A stretch of 64,000 bases of DNA, taken from assembly GCF_048593235.1 (NCBI RefSeq), contig NC_133618.1:660374361-660438360 (forward strand), read 5' to 3'. A program made the translations under genes and the position numbers. This document shows positions 12,363 through 25,455 of the stretch, in pieces; within the stretch, counting starts at the first letter, position 1, and each line of letters begins with the position of its first letter. Origin of the DNA: Sminthopsis crassicaudata. Taxonomy: Eukaryota. Below the pieces are notes generated by a model that saw only the letters and a list, made by a program, of their open reading frames with translations, did no database searches and had not been told where the DNA came from.

Positions 12363-15258
12363 GAGTAATGGGGATTTGGCATGTATGCAAAGTGCCTCTT
12401 ATGTGTCTACATAGAGAAAGCTACTCTTTCCAGAGAGATGTGATGTGGAATGCTAGTATCTTGGAGAAAATGTGGTGCATGCATAGATATTTTATAACTG
12501 GTCAGCCAACCATATGTTGAAGAAGAGGTTCTTAAATTGGCTCTGAAAGCATTTAATTAAGACCTGAAAGCTTCAGACATCTCCTCTTTGATTTATTCAG
12601 GGATATTTTGGTCATAACATCCAATAAAAGATGATGTCATAAGGGGAGAGGATATGAGGCCTTCTGATCCTTTAGGGTCATTAGTCTTTGACCTCTGAAT
12701 TTGTTCATTTTCCTTCCAGAGGAAGGAGATCAGAGCCTCTGACTCTGTGATTTCAAAAAGTAAAGAAAGAATTCCAATGTCCCCTAGTCTGGATATCAGA
12801 GTCAATACTCAAATACTCAAAGAGCAAGGAGAGACCTTTAGGGCTCCAGCCCAAGGGACAACTGAGACTCATCTGCCAAAGATGCCAATTTTATGCATGA
12901 CTGTGGTAGAACTAATTTTATGTAGGAACTAAGCCAAGTTGAACCTACCTGTCTCAGGAGACTGAGGTGATACAGGAGGCAGCATATCCCAGAGGCATTA
13001 GAGCAAAACAATTTATCTTTGTTCTTGCTGTATCATTAAAATAAACCTACCTTTGGAAAAAAACAAAACAAAACAAAACAGTGAATGTTAAAAATAATTT
13101 AAATGGTATTGAGACCTTAACCATGGATTCAAGGGAGAAAGAGCCAGCTAGAACTCAAAGCCACTAGGAGTAAAAAAGACATCAGCGCACCAGATAAAGA
13201 GTACCTCAAGGCACTCAGTAACCATTAGGAACTATATTAGCAAGCTGACTCTAGAAGATGGTTGATGAGAGAATACTTGGTATATATTTATATACTCCCA
13301 GTATATACTTATATATCTCCCTTGTTAGAATGTAGACTCCTTAAGGACAGTGATTGCTTAACTTTTGTCTCCCTAGGACATAGGATAGCTTCAGACAAAG
13401 AGAAAGTGCTCAATAAATATATATTGATTGATAAAATTCTGGTGTCTACCACTCTCTAAATTAGAGTTGCTGGGGAGGCAATAACAAGCTAGCATTGCTC
13501 AAGAAATCACCCCTCCCTAACTAGAAGGCTGACCTGGATCCCAGGATCATGCTGCCCAAAAAAATCTTTCCTCTATCTAGGTAGCTAGAGTTCAGGAACG
13601 CTATACTCTTCTGGAGCTCCCTCCTTTAAAGGAGCCTAAAGTTCAAAAACTCCTGCCATTCAAACCATGGGATTTTTATTTCCATGGTTACCATATAGTT
13701 GAGAGGGTTTCATCATTAACTCACCAAAACTTAAGAGGCCAGGAACTTGGAGGCCAGGTCAGATGGAAGAGTGCACCTTTGTCTCCCTCAAGAGCTTCTG
13801 CTCTAAAGCTGCAGTTATTATCTCCAGGTAGGAACCCACTCCACCTCCAGTAGTGATCCAGGTAATTCTTAATTCTGCTGTTCTTTCAGATCTCTCTAGG
13901 GGAAAAAAAAAAAAAGGCAAACCCCAGAGACATAAGCTACAGAATTGTCTCTGAAAGAATTCAAGCACAAAAGTCATCGCCAAATCAAGCAGGGGGCATT
14001 TATTTGGGCATGTACTTGGTGTAAAGAATGATATGCTCTGTGGGGTCTCCTCCTTAAGAAAGAGAGGCAACCCAGTCTCCCAGAAACTCAACAATCTCTA
14101 AACTTATTTAGACTTTTACATCATGCCCCTCTGTCAGTACTGTTTTCCTCTAGCTCCTTCTCAGTTTCCTTTTATAGTTCTTCTCTTACCAGATTGAAAA
14201 TTTCTTGAGGGTAGGGATTATCTATTTTTACATGTATTCCTAGCTCCAGAACTTAGAAGCTTAATAAAGTTTATTGATTATTGACTAATATTTGGAATGT
14301 GCATTTTTGTATGTATATGGGGTTAATAAGATGAATCAATGAGTTTATTGGTCTGGGAATTTCTGGGATTTTTACTTGCATTTCCTATGAGGAAAAAAGA
14401 CATGCCCATTTAACACCTGCTAGAAAATATGTTGTCAGCAGAGATTCTTTAGCTAATAGGGTCTACTTCACTGCAGAACTAAAGCTAGTTCCTTCTGTTA
14501 TAAACTAAAGAGTTGGAAGAAGCTAAATCAAAGTTGAAATCCAGCCAGGAAAAACTAAGGGTCCAAGCTTCTCAGTGCATGTGAAGACTAGAAAAGAGTA
14601 AAATGGCAGTGAAGAAGCTAGGATCCATATAGAGGCCAGCAGATGACAGAAGAGAGTAGTAATAGTTTAGATATTCTGAAGGCATCACTTAGCACAACCT
14701 AGCTGTTCCATGACATCTTCAGAAAATATTGACTATTCTTTAGCACCTGAGGCCGTAGCCATGGCCATGACATCCATATTCCCTGGAACACTGGCCTTAT
14801 GTGTGCTCTATGCATTTGTTTTTCCATGTATTTTCCCTGCATGTGCCTCCTTATCCAGGGGTGGTATGGAAACTTATGAAAGTTACCTCTAGATTTGTCA
14901 GTTTTTCTAATGATTTATCTATTAATGCCATTTCATTAGATGATTTTTTTAAAAAACATCAGTGTGATGTGAATTATCTTCTTGTTGGGAAGAAGCCCAT
15001 TTCTGGCTATTATTAGATATAACCAATTCCCAGACTATTGTGTTTGTATAGAGTGATTGTGAGGATGGAATTCCTTAATCTAAACCATAAACTTCTAAGC
15101 ATCTTTAAACAATTTTTGAGATATTTATTAGTATATTTTTAGACCAGGCTGGAACCTAGTCTGCCAGGTACATTCCATCTGGCTCTTTGATCCTGAATTC
15201 TGGCCTTTACTTCTCTGAGAAACCCCAAGGTTATATTTCCCCTATAAAAAAACTTACT

Positions 15259-15409
15259 GGGCATCTAAGTGGTGATATGGATAGAGCACCAGCCCTGAAG
15301 TCAGGAGGGCCTGAGTTCAAATTTGGTCTCTGCCACTTAAAGTTTCCTAGCTGTGTGACTCTGGACAAATCACAACCCCAATTGCCTCAGGGGAAAAAAA
15401 AAAAAAAAA
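15259..15409 (+). mobile_element. WSINE1 SINE nested in the LTR
   Basis: WSINE1 sequence with a GGGG+A tail, absent from the sister LTR at 28390. Confidence 0.88.
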
Positions 15410-15454
15410 GATTTACGATGAAGATCTTGCTAAATTCTTTCCAGTACTAAGCCC

Positions 15455-15636
15455 NNNNNNNNNNNNNNNNNNNNNNNNNNNNNNNNNNNNNNNNNNNNNN
15501 NNNNNNNNNNNNNNNNNNNNNNNNNNNNNNNNNNNNNNNNNNNNNNNNNNNNNNNNNNNNNNNNNNNNNNNNNNNNNNNNNNNNNNNNNNNNNNNNNNNN
15601 NNNNNNNNNNNNNNNNNNNNNNNNNNNNNNNNNNNN
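15455..15636. other. Assembly gap (182 N)
   Basis: N run. Confidence 0.99.
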
Positions 15637-16834
15637 ATATCTTTCTCCTTACTCTAGCTAACTCTGGTTAGTCTGTTAAACTCTTCTATGGATCTAGCCT
15701 ACTGGTCAATAGCTTTTTCCCACCTCATGGAGTATTTCCTTTCTCCTAGTTAATTGTGAGTTCTCCTGGGGAATTTGTCTTTTCCTCACTAATTATATGC
15801 TCTCCCAACTTTATTTCATATTTACCTGTGCCTATTTAATCTCTTAATTTTTGTCTGTAATCTCATTTTTTAAATAAGCCTGTGCTTTGCCAAAGAGAAT
15901 AGCCACTGTGGATTTGTCACATGTTTATTTCAAATTAGGCATTATTACCTTGACCTTATCAAGTGTGTCTTCTGTTTTGGTTAATGGTTTTTTGAGGGGG
16001 ATGCTGATCTTGAACTTGAAGTAGCTTTTTTTTTTTTTTCAGTTCCAAATTCTTTTTCCCTCTCTCTATCCCCTCTGTACCTACTGAGAAGGCAAGAAAT
16101 ACAATAATAGGATAGGATTTTTAATTTAGCTTAATTTAGGATAGCTTGCTGAAGATTCATGTGGAAGGATGGTCGAAGTGCATATAAATTTATGTTGCTC
16201 TTCACCAATATATATTTTGTTTTTCCTGGTTGAATCTTCTCTTTTTTCCATATATAATCCAAAAAAGAGGAGGATGGTCATATAGATGAGTGAGAAATAA
16301 GAGTTGGACAAGTAGAGTTTTCTAATGATGTAAGTGGAATTCTATAAAAATCAGAGATGGGCCTCCAGAATGCTGAGAAGATTCTCAGCAGAAAATTTAT
16401 GAGAGATATAGACAAGAATAACACAAATAAGAAGTTGTGAAGGAGATACAAACTTCATCAGTGCTATCAGGAATCTCTCAATACAAAAGTGCCAAAGCAA
16501 ATGTGAGGGAGGGAGCACTCTTAGGGATTATTTAATCCAACTCCTTTGACGAATGAAGTCAGTGAAGCCCCAGGAAGAAGATGACTTGCCCAAGATAAAA
16601 AAGGAAGTTTGACCAGTATGAACTCAAAGGAGACATGTGAGAAGACACCTCTCTCAACATTTTTGCAGGAAAGAGAGAAAAAGGAGAGATCAAGAGTGTA
16701 TATATGTAGAGGAGTCTACAGGTGAAAACTATTGGATATATCAGATTTTTTTTCTCTATAAAATAATTATGAGGAATAACTCTGTGGGAGGGGGAAAATA
16801 CAAGGGTAAATTTAAATGCTGTAAAAACAAAAGG

Positions 16835-17250
16835 TGTTGTGTGGGATGGGGTGCTAGGCCTTACCCAAATTGACTACTTGGAGGCATCTCCTGATGCAAA
16901 CAGAAAACATTTATTCAGTCAGTTCTTATAAGAAGCAGACCAAGCTTACCCACTAGACAGCCCATGATGTGTGGCCCAGGACAGAAGTGGAAATTAGATT
17001 ATATAACAGAAAAGGGAGGGGAGGGTTGATTGTTGAATTCATTGGATGGATTGAAAAGGAACTAACCATTGACCAATGGTACAATGCTGTCTATTTCCTG
17101 GGTATCATGTGATTTAATAAGGCTTAGACCTAGGGTTTGACCTTTTCTGCCCTACAGTTCTCTGAAAATAGGGATCAACTGGCTTCCTGAAATTTAGGCC
17201 TAAGATCTGATCTACTTCACCCTATAGTCTTCTGAGAAATCTTCACTTGT
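16835..17250 (-). mobile_element. Solo LTR (approximate bounds)
   Basis: TG...CA ends; reverse-complement polyA signal (tttatt) and TATA-like motif; appears to interrupt an L1 3' tail. Confidence 0.55.
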
Positions 17251-18171
17251 GCCATTCGAGATCAATAAAACTTTTTTAAAAGCAAGTTTAGTGAATGTAG
17301 AAGAAAATTTTTTACTCTTGTGTTTTTGAGTCTAGATTTCCAGAAAAAAATTTTCGTTAAACTATCTTGTCCTAATCCAAGCAGTTTAATAGCATTTAGT
17401 ATGGGCCACACAATTTGCTAAAGATTAGTTATTTAAAAAAACCCTACAGTATTTTTCTTTGAGGAGCTTACATTTCAGGAGGCAGGGGTAGCTAAGTGAC
17501 ACAGCAGAGAGAGCACCAGCTCTGGAGTCAGGAGAACCTGAGTTTAAATCCAGCCTCAGACACTTACTAGCTGTGTGACCCTGGGCAAATCATTTAAATT
17601 AAATTCCCTTCACACATATACACACACGAAACCCACTTATCATTGGGAAGATCTGGAGAGGCCTGGAGAAGGTGGGGCTTGGACTAAGTCTTGAAAGATA
17701 TTAAGGAGATCAAGAGGTGATTGTAAGGAGGAAAAACATTCCAGGAATGTCAGAAAAGCAGAGTAAAGGCTGAGAGATGGGAGATATGATGGGAGATGGG
17801 AGTGTTGTTTTTAAGAAATTATAAATAAGCCAATGTAACTGGATTATAGAAGAGTAAAGTATAAAAGGCTAGAAAGGTTGTAATGGGGCAGGTTGTTATG
17901 AGCTTTTAATGCCAAACAGAGTCTATATTTGATTCTAGAGGTGATAGAGAACCATGAGAACTCTCTGAATGGCAAATGCTGCATTTATGGATTGTGCACT
18001 TTAGAAAAAAATCTCTTTGGCAGTTGAGTGTAGGAAGAATTGGAAGGGGACAAGACTTGAGGTAGGAAGACAAGTTAGAAAACAGTTGCATCAATCCATG
18101 TGAGAGGTAATAAGGGCTTACACTAGGGTTGTGGCTATATGAGTAGAAAAGAAGATGTATAAAATAGATAC

Positions 18172-18832
18172 TGTAAGAAATATACTCAACACTAAAAATC
18201 AGATATCAAGGAAAATTTATTAAAGAAGAATCTTAAGAAATCGTCTTAACATTTCTGGTCAGAAGTGGGCCATACTCTTCTTCAGGAAGAGGGACCCCCT
18301 AAGTATAGAAGTGGGAGAAGCTTTATACTTGCTAACGTATCACAGTCCCTCCCTTCAGAGAACAGATTGGTCCATTGCTTCCAAGTTATAATCTTTCTGA
18401 TACGCTCACTACATGTTTCCCTTTAATATGTTTAAACATGTTTCCCCATCCTACAGCCCATGTTCAAAAATGGTGGAAAATTCCTGTGGGTGTGTTGTTT
18501 AATATTCAATTAGCCAAATTATTCAATTAGCACAGTAGTGATTTGGTCAATTCAGATCATTGATCCCAACTAATTTGGGCTGGATCTGCTATTATTTTAA
18601 ATTTGTGGTTTTCTCAAGAACACAAGACTCTTTCTGATCTGCTGACCCCACCTGAGCCTTCCTAGCTCCCCAATTCCTTGTTTGCTCAAGACTTCTACTG
18701 ATTACTTAATTGTTCTGTGGAATCTTAACCTTCCTTAACCTCTCACATTCTGAAAATCTCTTGGTCAGTGGTACCCACTATCTAGAAGCTTACAACATTC
18801 TGTGGAAACCCAACCTTTCAGCATTTCTCACA
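18172..18832 (-). mobile_element. Solo LTR, inverted copy of 36034-36700
   Basis: Its reverse complement aligns end to end with the 36034 copy (tgtgagaaatgctgaaa...gatagtgggtaccactgaccaagag...ggctaattgaatattaaacaaca). Confidence 0.85.
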
Positions 18833-18836
18833 TTAT

Positions 18837-19396
18837 TGTGAAATTGGAAAAAATAATGTGTGGTATATAATCCACCCAATAAATTACAGAGATCTCCCAA
18901 GGTGCAAAGAAAAAGTTTTATTTACTTCCCATGAGAAGTGGACATCACTCTCACCATAGAAGAGATAAAAGTGGAGCCCTGAGCATAAGCATCATAAAGC
19001 AATATATATGTTTCCTGATGCAATATTAACCCCCCCCCTTGTTGGCTCATTCTTGTTGGCTGAGAATTTGGCCTTATATTTTAAGTCCAAAAGCTATTTT
19101 TTAAAAAAACTATATTAGGAAGCATTAATCATTAAAACAATCTAGACAGAGTCTAGGGCAGGTGATAGTGAGCAACACCCAAGCATTTGAGATAAGCCAC
19201 CTGGAGTTTTATTATTCACTGGAATGTGAGAGTGGCCAGAGCTCTAAGGCCCCAATTCTCTTAGTCCCAATGGGGCAAAGAAGAGGGGTGGTCACAACAA
19301 TTCCACTCAGGACATAGCATAACAACTCAGGGAAACCAACACACAACAATTCAGGGAAACTGAAGCACAATAATTCAGGAAAACTGAGGCATTACA
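18837..19396 (-). mobile_element. Solo LTR with ~22-bp tandem repeats at its 5' end
   Basis: TG...CA ends; aacaattcagggaaactgaggca-type repeats related to the 36856 and 38020 LTRs. Confidence 0.75.
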
Positions 19397-20309
19397 TCTG
19401 ATCCTATAGTTTGGTTAATTTATTATTTTCTTTTGAAGAAATAATCAAACTTTTCCCATTCAATAAGATTTGACAATGTTGAGGATGACACTGAGGTGAC
19501 TGGGAAGATGGTGGTGTACTCAATAGTAATAGAAAAATTCAGAAGCAGGGAAGGTTTGGTGAAAAGAATAGAGTTCTGTTTTTGACATATTGATTTGAGA
19601 TACCTATGGAACATATGGATCTGGGAATCATTGGCATAGGAATGATTACTGAAGCCATGGCAGCTGATAAGATCCTCTAATGAGATAGTAGAGAATGAAA
19701 TGAGAAGGGGACTTAGGAATCATAGATAGAAGGCATAATATGGATGAAAAATCTATCAGCAAAGAAAACTGAGAAGCATTCAGATATACCGGGGATATCA
19801 TGAGTTGGAGAATCAGGAGAGAGACATATCAAGAAAACCTAGAGAAGAGAAAGTATGAGAAAGGACAAGAGTATCAAATACTTTAGAGAGAGCAAGATAC
19901 TTTAGAAAAGGCCATTAGATTTGTCAATTAAGAGATCATTGGTGATTTTACAGAGAGTAGTTTCAGTTTCACTTGAACAATGAGATTTGGAACCCAGACT
20001 GAAGAAGGTTGAAACCAGGGGAGAAAAATGGGAAAAGAGGCACTGATTACAGATTGCATTCTCAAGAAGTATAACCACTCAATGATCAACTATAATTATT
20101 CATAATGTTCTTTATTCACAGTGGTTCAGTGATTCAAGGCAATCCTAATAAACTGCATAGAAAATGCCATCTGCATCCAGAGAGAAAACTATGGAGACTA
20201 AATGTAAATCAACACTGGCTATGTTCACTTTTTTTCCTTTTTCTTCTGGTTTTCCCAACATGATTCATAAAAAAATGTGTTTTGTTCTTTTTTGAATAAT
20301 GTACATGTA

Positions 20310-20459
20310 GGGGCATCTGGGTGGTACAGTGGATAAAGCACCAGCCCTGAAGTCAGCAGAACCTAAGTTCAAATCTGGCCTCAGACACTTAACACTTCCT
20401 AGCTGTGTGACCCTTGGCAACTTACTTAACCACAACTGCCTCAGCAGAGAAGGAGAAGG
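20310..20459 (+). mobile_element. WSINE1 nested in an L1 3' fragment (~20080-20535)
   Basis: 12-bp TSD AATGTACATGTA at 20298-20309 and 20460-20471. Confidence 0.9.
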
Positions 20460-21229
20460 AATGTACATGTATAACCAGGGGGATAAAAATGTTGTTTCTA
20501 CATGTAACTGGGGAAAATAAAAATTTTAAAGAAAGAAAGAAAGAAATATAGCCACAGAGAAGATTAGATAACATTAATTTATCATGGGCCCAGGTAACAT
20601 GGTTTCATTTGCTTCAATTCTGTTCATGGGAATGTAAATACAGGAGGGGGAACAGGACAGGATGTAATGAGAATAATCCAGGATTGGGGCTTGGAAAATC
20701 ATAATTAATGATAGGACAAGGGAGAAAGGGAATTGAAAGTGTAATGTAGAATTGATAATGGTTCACCAAGGGGTCAAGACAGGGAATGGGAAATAGTTTA
20801 GCCAGTCCATGGGTCATGCTTGAGAAAAAATCAAGTGGTGAAAGGAATGCTGGTCATGAAGTAGAGGAAGAAGAAGGGTCCTAGGGTAGAAGTGGAGATG
20901 TGGGAAATCAGAGGGAATGATAGACTGATATAAAATTATAAACAGATAAAAGAATTGTAATTCTTGAAAATAAAACGTTTGCAAAGGTATATACCTATAT
21001 ATAGAGACATAAGATGGAGTAAAAGAGTTGGTCATAGGAATTTAATAAATTGAGAACCTAGAATATTAGATTATTTGAGGGAGTTATCAAGTGGAATAAT
21101 GAATAATTAGGGAAGAATAAAACTATTATCTTGCTTCAATGAAAGCCCAGTTGAGATTAGATTTATATACTGAAGACTTCTAGTATAAGGATAGAAGATG
21201 GAGAGAAAGGAAATATCGGATTTTTAAAA

Positions 21230-21467
21230 AAAAATTTTTTCTTTATTAAAGCTTTTTATTTTTCAAAACATATGCATGGATATTCTTCAACATTAGCCCT
21301 TGCAAAACCTTGTGTTCCAATTCCACCCCCACACACACACACACATCCTCCCCTAGACGGAAAGTAGTTTAATACATGTTAAACATGGTAGAAATATATG
21401 TTAAATGCAATATATGCATACATGTTTATACAATTATAGTGCCTCACAAGAAAAATCAAATCAAACC

Positions 21468-21550
<83 letters not shown>

Positions 21551-21958
21551 AATGCAAGCAAATAACAAAAAAGGCAAAAATGCTATGTTGTGAACCACAC
21601 TCAGTTCCCATAGTCCTCTCTCTGGGTGTAGATGGCTCTCTTCATCACTGAACAATTAGAACTGGTTTGAATCATCTCATTGTTGAAGAGAGCCATGTCC
21701 ATCAGAATTGATCATCTTATAGTCTTGTTGTTGCCATATAATGATCTCCTGGTTCTGCTCATTTCACTCAGCATCAGTTCATGTAAGTCTCTCTAGGTCT
21801 TTCTGAAATCATTCTGTTTGTCATTTCTTACAGAACAATACTATTCCATAACATTCATATACCATAATTTATTCAGCCATTCTCCAATTGATGGACATCC
21901 ATTCAGTTTCCAGTTTCTTGTCACTACCAAAAGGGCTGCCATAAACATTTTTGCACAT
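21230..21958 (-). mobile_element. L1 3' fragment containing an (AG)38 microsatellite (21471-21546)
   Basis: Reverse-complement L1 3' UTR (aaagctttttatttttcaaaacatatgcatgg...) and ORF2 end. Confidence 0.85.
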
Positions 21959-22479
21959 CTCTAGAGGAAAAGATTGTGAAGCAAATACTCCAGAATCTGG
22001 ATTGGATGATCTGGATTGGATGATAAATGTAAATAGTGTGGACCTTAAAGAAGAGACTCCTTAGTGAAAGCAGTAGGAAGGGGATCTTCAAGTAGCAATG
22101 GAAAGCAAGGAGTAATCTGCTTCCCTCATCATATATAAATAGTCAATAATATATAATCAGGTAGGAATCCCATGTCAGTGAGAACTGAAAAACAGGAGAA
22201 GAATGAGGATTAAGATGAAAAGAAATTTGTTAATTTTGGATCAGTCATTCTGAAGACCAAAAAGGGAAGGCAGATCTGAAATGAGGCATTATGGGGAGAG
22301 GAAGGATTCAGATGGATAAGTCTGAAGATATATTGAGTTGGAAATAGGAAAGGGGGGTTGGAGTCAGCCTATAAGGGTTCAGGATCATTCAGATAGAGTG
22401 CATAGTAGTAAATCCCACATACTAATCACTGACTAATAAATTCAAACAATATACTAGTGATTGAAGAAGCCTATTAAAG

Positions 22480-23385
22480 GAGGTATGAAATTAGACAGTT
22501 TATTTTTATAAGACTAAGAGTCATTCCCCAATTGATAAACAGTCAAAGGAAATGAACAAGCAGCTCTCATGGGAAGAAATCCAAACTATTAACAGCCATA
22601 TAAAAATACTCCAAATTACTAATAATTAAAGAAATGCAAACTAAAGCAACTCTGATATTCTACCTCATCTTCAACAGATTGGCACAGGTGACAAAAAAAA
22701 AGCAAATTATTAAATGGTTGGAAGGACTTTGGAAAAACAGGAACATTAATGGAGCTATGAATTTGTCTAGCCATTCTGGAAAGCAATTTGAAACTATAAC
22801 AAAAAATTATTAAACTGGCCATGCCCTATGACTCTATGATACTTCTATCAGATCCATGCCTTAAAGAAATCAAAGAATATTTAAAGCAGCTCTTTTTGTG
22901 GTGACAAAAAAAAGCTAGAAACTAAGGAGTACTCATCAATTTGGGAAGATCTAAATAAAACATGGTATATAAATGTAATGAAATGCGGTTGTGCTATAAG
23001 AAATGATGAAATGGAATGATGAAATGGATGCTTTTATGAAAACTTACAAAGACTTGTATGAACTGCATTCAGATAGAAGTTAGAAGAACCAAGAGAAGCA
23101 ATTATATTGTTAATAACATTGTATAAGCAATTTTGAAAGACTCAAAAATTCTGATTTATGCATTGGCCAACTATGATTCCAGAAGACCAGTGAAAAAGAA
23201 TGTTATCTACCTTCTAAAAATGAGGCACACATTTTTAATATAGTCAATGCAAGTTTGCTTTGCTTAACTATGTATATTTGTTACAAGGTTTTTGTTTTTC
23301 TATTTTTTTCAATGGGATGATAGAGATGTGGGAGATCAAATAATTGCAATGTGACTTTTTTAAAATTCATAAATAAAAAAGTTTA
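22480..23385 (+). mobile_element. Older L1 3' fragment (ORF2 C-terminus plus 3' UTR)
   Basis: DKQSKEMNKQ..KEMQTKATLIFYL-like relic with an A-rich end. Confidence 0.75.
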
Positions 23386-23399
23386 TTCTTCTTTGATCA

Positions 23400-23875
23400 C
23401 TCTGATTATTTTCTACCCAGCTTTCACCTGTGGCTCCAAGAAGCTGTAGTATGCATAGTGACCACATCCCAATAAAACATTTTTGGCAAACACAATAAAC
23501 ATGTTACTGACATGACCTCAAACCTGTTGGTAAATGAGGGGGATGTCTATCTCAAGCTTGTGAAGACTTCCCCTGAAGGAACAGGCAGATAAGAAGAACA
23601 GTTTATTCCAATGGCCATGAAGGAGGCTAAACCAGCTGGGGAGCTTAGAGCTTGGTCACCTAAGCTGAGGCCAGGTCACCCACTGCATCCTAGGCCATCT
23701 CTTACCATCTTGATTTTTGTCTTGCCATTGGACTTCGAAGACTCTGGGAGAGAGTGAGGCTGATAACTTTGTGCAACTCTGACTCATATCCAATTCACAT
23801 ATGAGTCAAGATATCATTGATATAATGATAACATTGGTCCTCTTTGAAAAAGAAGGGTGAACAACAGACAACATC
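23400..23875 (+). mobile_element. RTE (BovB-like) LINE 3' end
   Basis: RTE-like 3' UTR ending ggtcctctttgaaaaagaagggtgaacaaca. Confidence 0.7.
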
Positions 23876-24430
23876 TGACCCTATGCAAACTTGCCAGAGT
23901 CCTCAAGTTGTAGGTCAGCCTCTCTTACATGGGCATGGAAGAAGCATGATAAATGGATGCACTCCCAACCTGAGAATCTCCAGACCCAAATCATAAACAG
24001 AAGGCATTTTGAATTCTTTGTTTAAATTGTCAGACCAACCTTGATGAATAAAAGTATCATGTATGGTCCATGGTACCCAAGAAAATTCTGGGCCTCGTGG
24101 AATGTTCTGGCCCATCAGAGTATTTTACCTAGTTAAAAAACATCATTCATTAATAAAGAGATGAGAGTTCTCCTGTGGTTGTCCAGTATTCAAAGGATGT
24201 GGAGCACTCCAAAACTCACCTGAAGCCGATTTAATTAGACTCCTTCCATAAGACTAGTGGTTTTTCTAAATGTACCAATTAATGATCTCCTTTTAAGTGT
24301 TTGTGTCCATTCCAGATTAAAACTTCAGTGTTGACTTATTACAAAGGTATAATATTTAATCTTGCTCCCTTCTACTAAACAGTAAGGGCTCTGAGGGGTT
24401 AATCAGGGCTCTAATTTGTGTTCCCTAGAT

Positions 24431-24625
24431 CAGAGATTCTTCACTTTTTTGTGTTATGGAATCCTTCAGCAGTCTTGGGGACTCTGTGGTTCCCTTCTCA
24501 GAATATTGTTTTGAAATGAATAAAAGAAAATGCATAGAATTACAAAGGATATCAATTATGTTGAAACACACTTATCAAAATATTCAAAAAGCAAATCCAT
24601 TGGGACTAGGCTAAGAATTCTTCTC
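24431..24625. mobile_element. Old hAT-Charlie-type non-autonomous DNA transposon
   Basis: cagagattcttcac...ggctaagaattct TIR-like ends; cctagat target resembling the TCTAGA preference. Confidence 0.55.
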
Positions 24626-25215
24626 AATGAAAATACCAGGAAGCAACAGGTTATTAAAGAAAAGGTCATTTTTTAAATCCCTAATGGAGCATTTCCCTTC
24701 ATCTCTCATTTGTTTCCCACTTTAAAATTCTGTAATAAGCCAGAAATATGGCTACACTGTCACTCAGACAATCAGTCCTAGAGCAGTATGATCATGAATA
24801 TCATTTATACATCACTCATCACAAATATTTCACATATCAGCACACACATTTAGTAAATACCTTCTTACAGAGAACATTTGTGGTCACCGAAGAATGAACT
24901 GTTGGCTGTTACAAAGTCTAGGTAATAAGATTCCTTATATCCTCAGCTAAGCTTTTCACGGTTTCTTCTGGAAGGCACTCATTAGGAATTACTCAAGAGT
25001 CTTTTTTCCTGAAGATTGCAGACATTATCATCTGGACATTCGTAAAGAAATCTTCAGAGTAAGGATGGTACAAAGTTTCAAACAAAGATGTTGCCAACTA
25101 AGTTAATATAAATGTAGTCTTCCAAAAGGAACATTATTACCACCCAGAGCATTCTAAGAAGTTATATTATATGTATTACATAATGTAGTAAGTTACATTA
25201 TATTATGGTATATAG

Positions 25216-25222
<7 letters not shown>

Positions 25223-25256
<34 letters not shown>

Positions 25257-25455
25257 TTTTATTTACCAGATATATGCATGGGTAATTCTCCAGCATTGAT
25301 AACTGCGAAACTTTTTGTTCCAACTTTTTCCCTCCTTCCCCCCATCCCCTCCTCGAGATGGCAGGTTGACCAATATATGTTAAATATATTAAAGTATATG
25401 TTAAATACAACTCATGTATACATGTCCAACAGTTATTTTGTACAGTATCAAATTC
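25223..25455 (-). mobile_element. L1 3' end fragment
   Basis: Poly-T followed by the same L1 3' UTR as at 30466. Confidence 0.85.

Larger units (their letters stand above)
14965..15961 (+). mobile_element. Solo LTR containing a WSINE1 and an assembly gap
   Basis: TGATGTGAA...TTATCA ends with 4-bp TSD AGTG; homologous to 28390-28970. Confidence 0.85.
17400..22480 (-). mobile_element. Ancient L2 LINE fragmented by SINE, LTR and L1 insertions
   Basis: Purine-rich L2-like segments resume after each insertion (17640-18170, 19460-20080, 20520-21200, 21960-22480). Confidence 0.65.

Noticed and set aside
13440-14960. Possible retrocopy or coiled-coil coding relic (KELEEAKSKLKSSQEKL...)
   Set aside because: All frames have many stops, and I found no recognisable parent, poly-A or TSD
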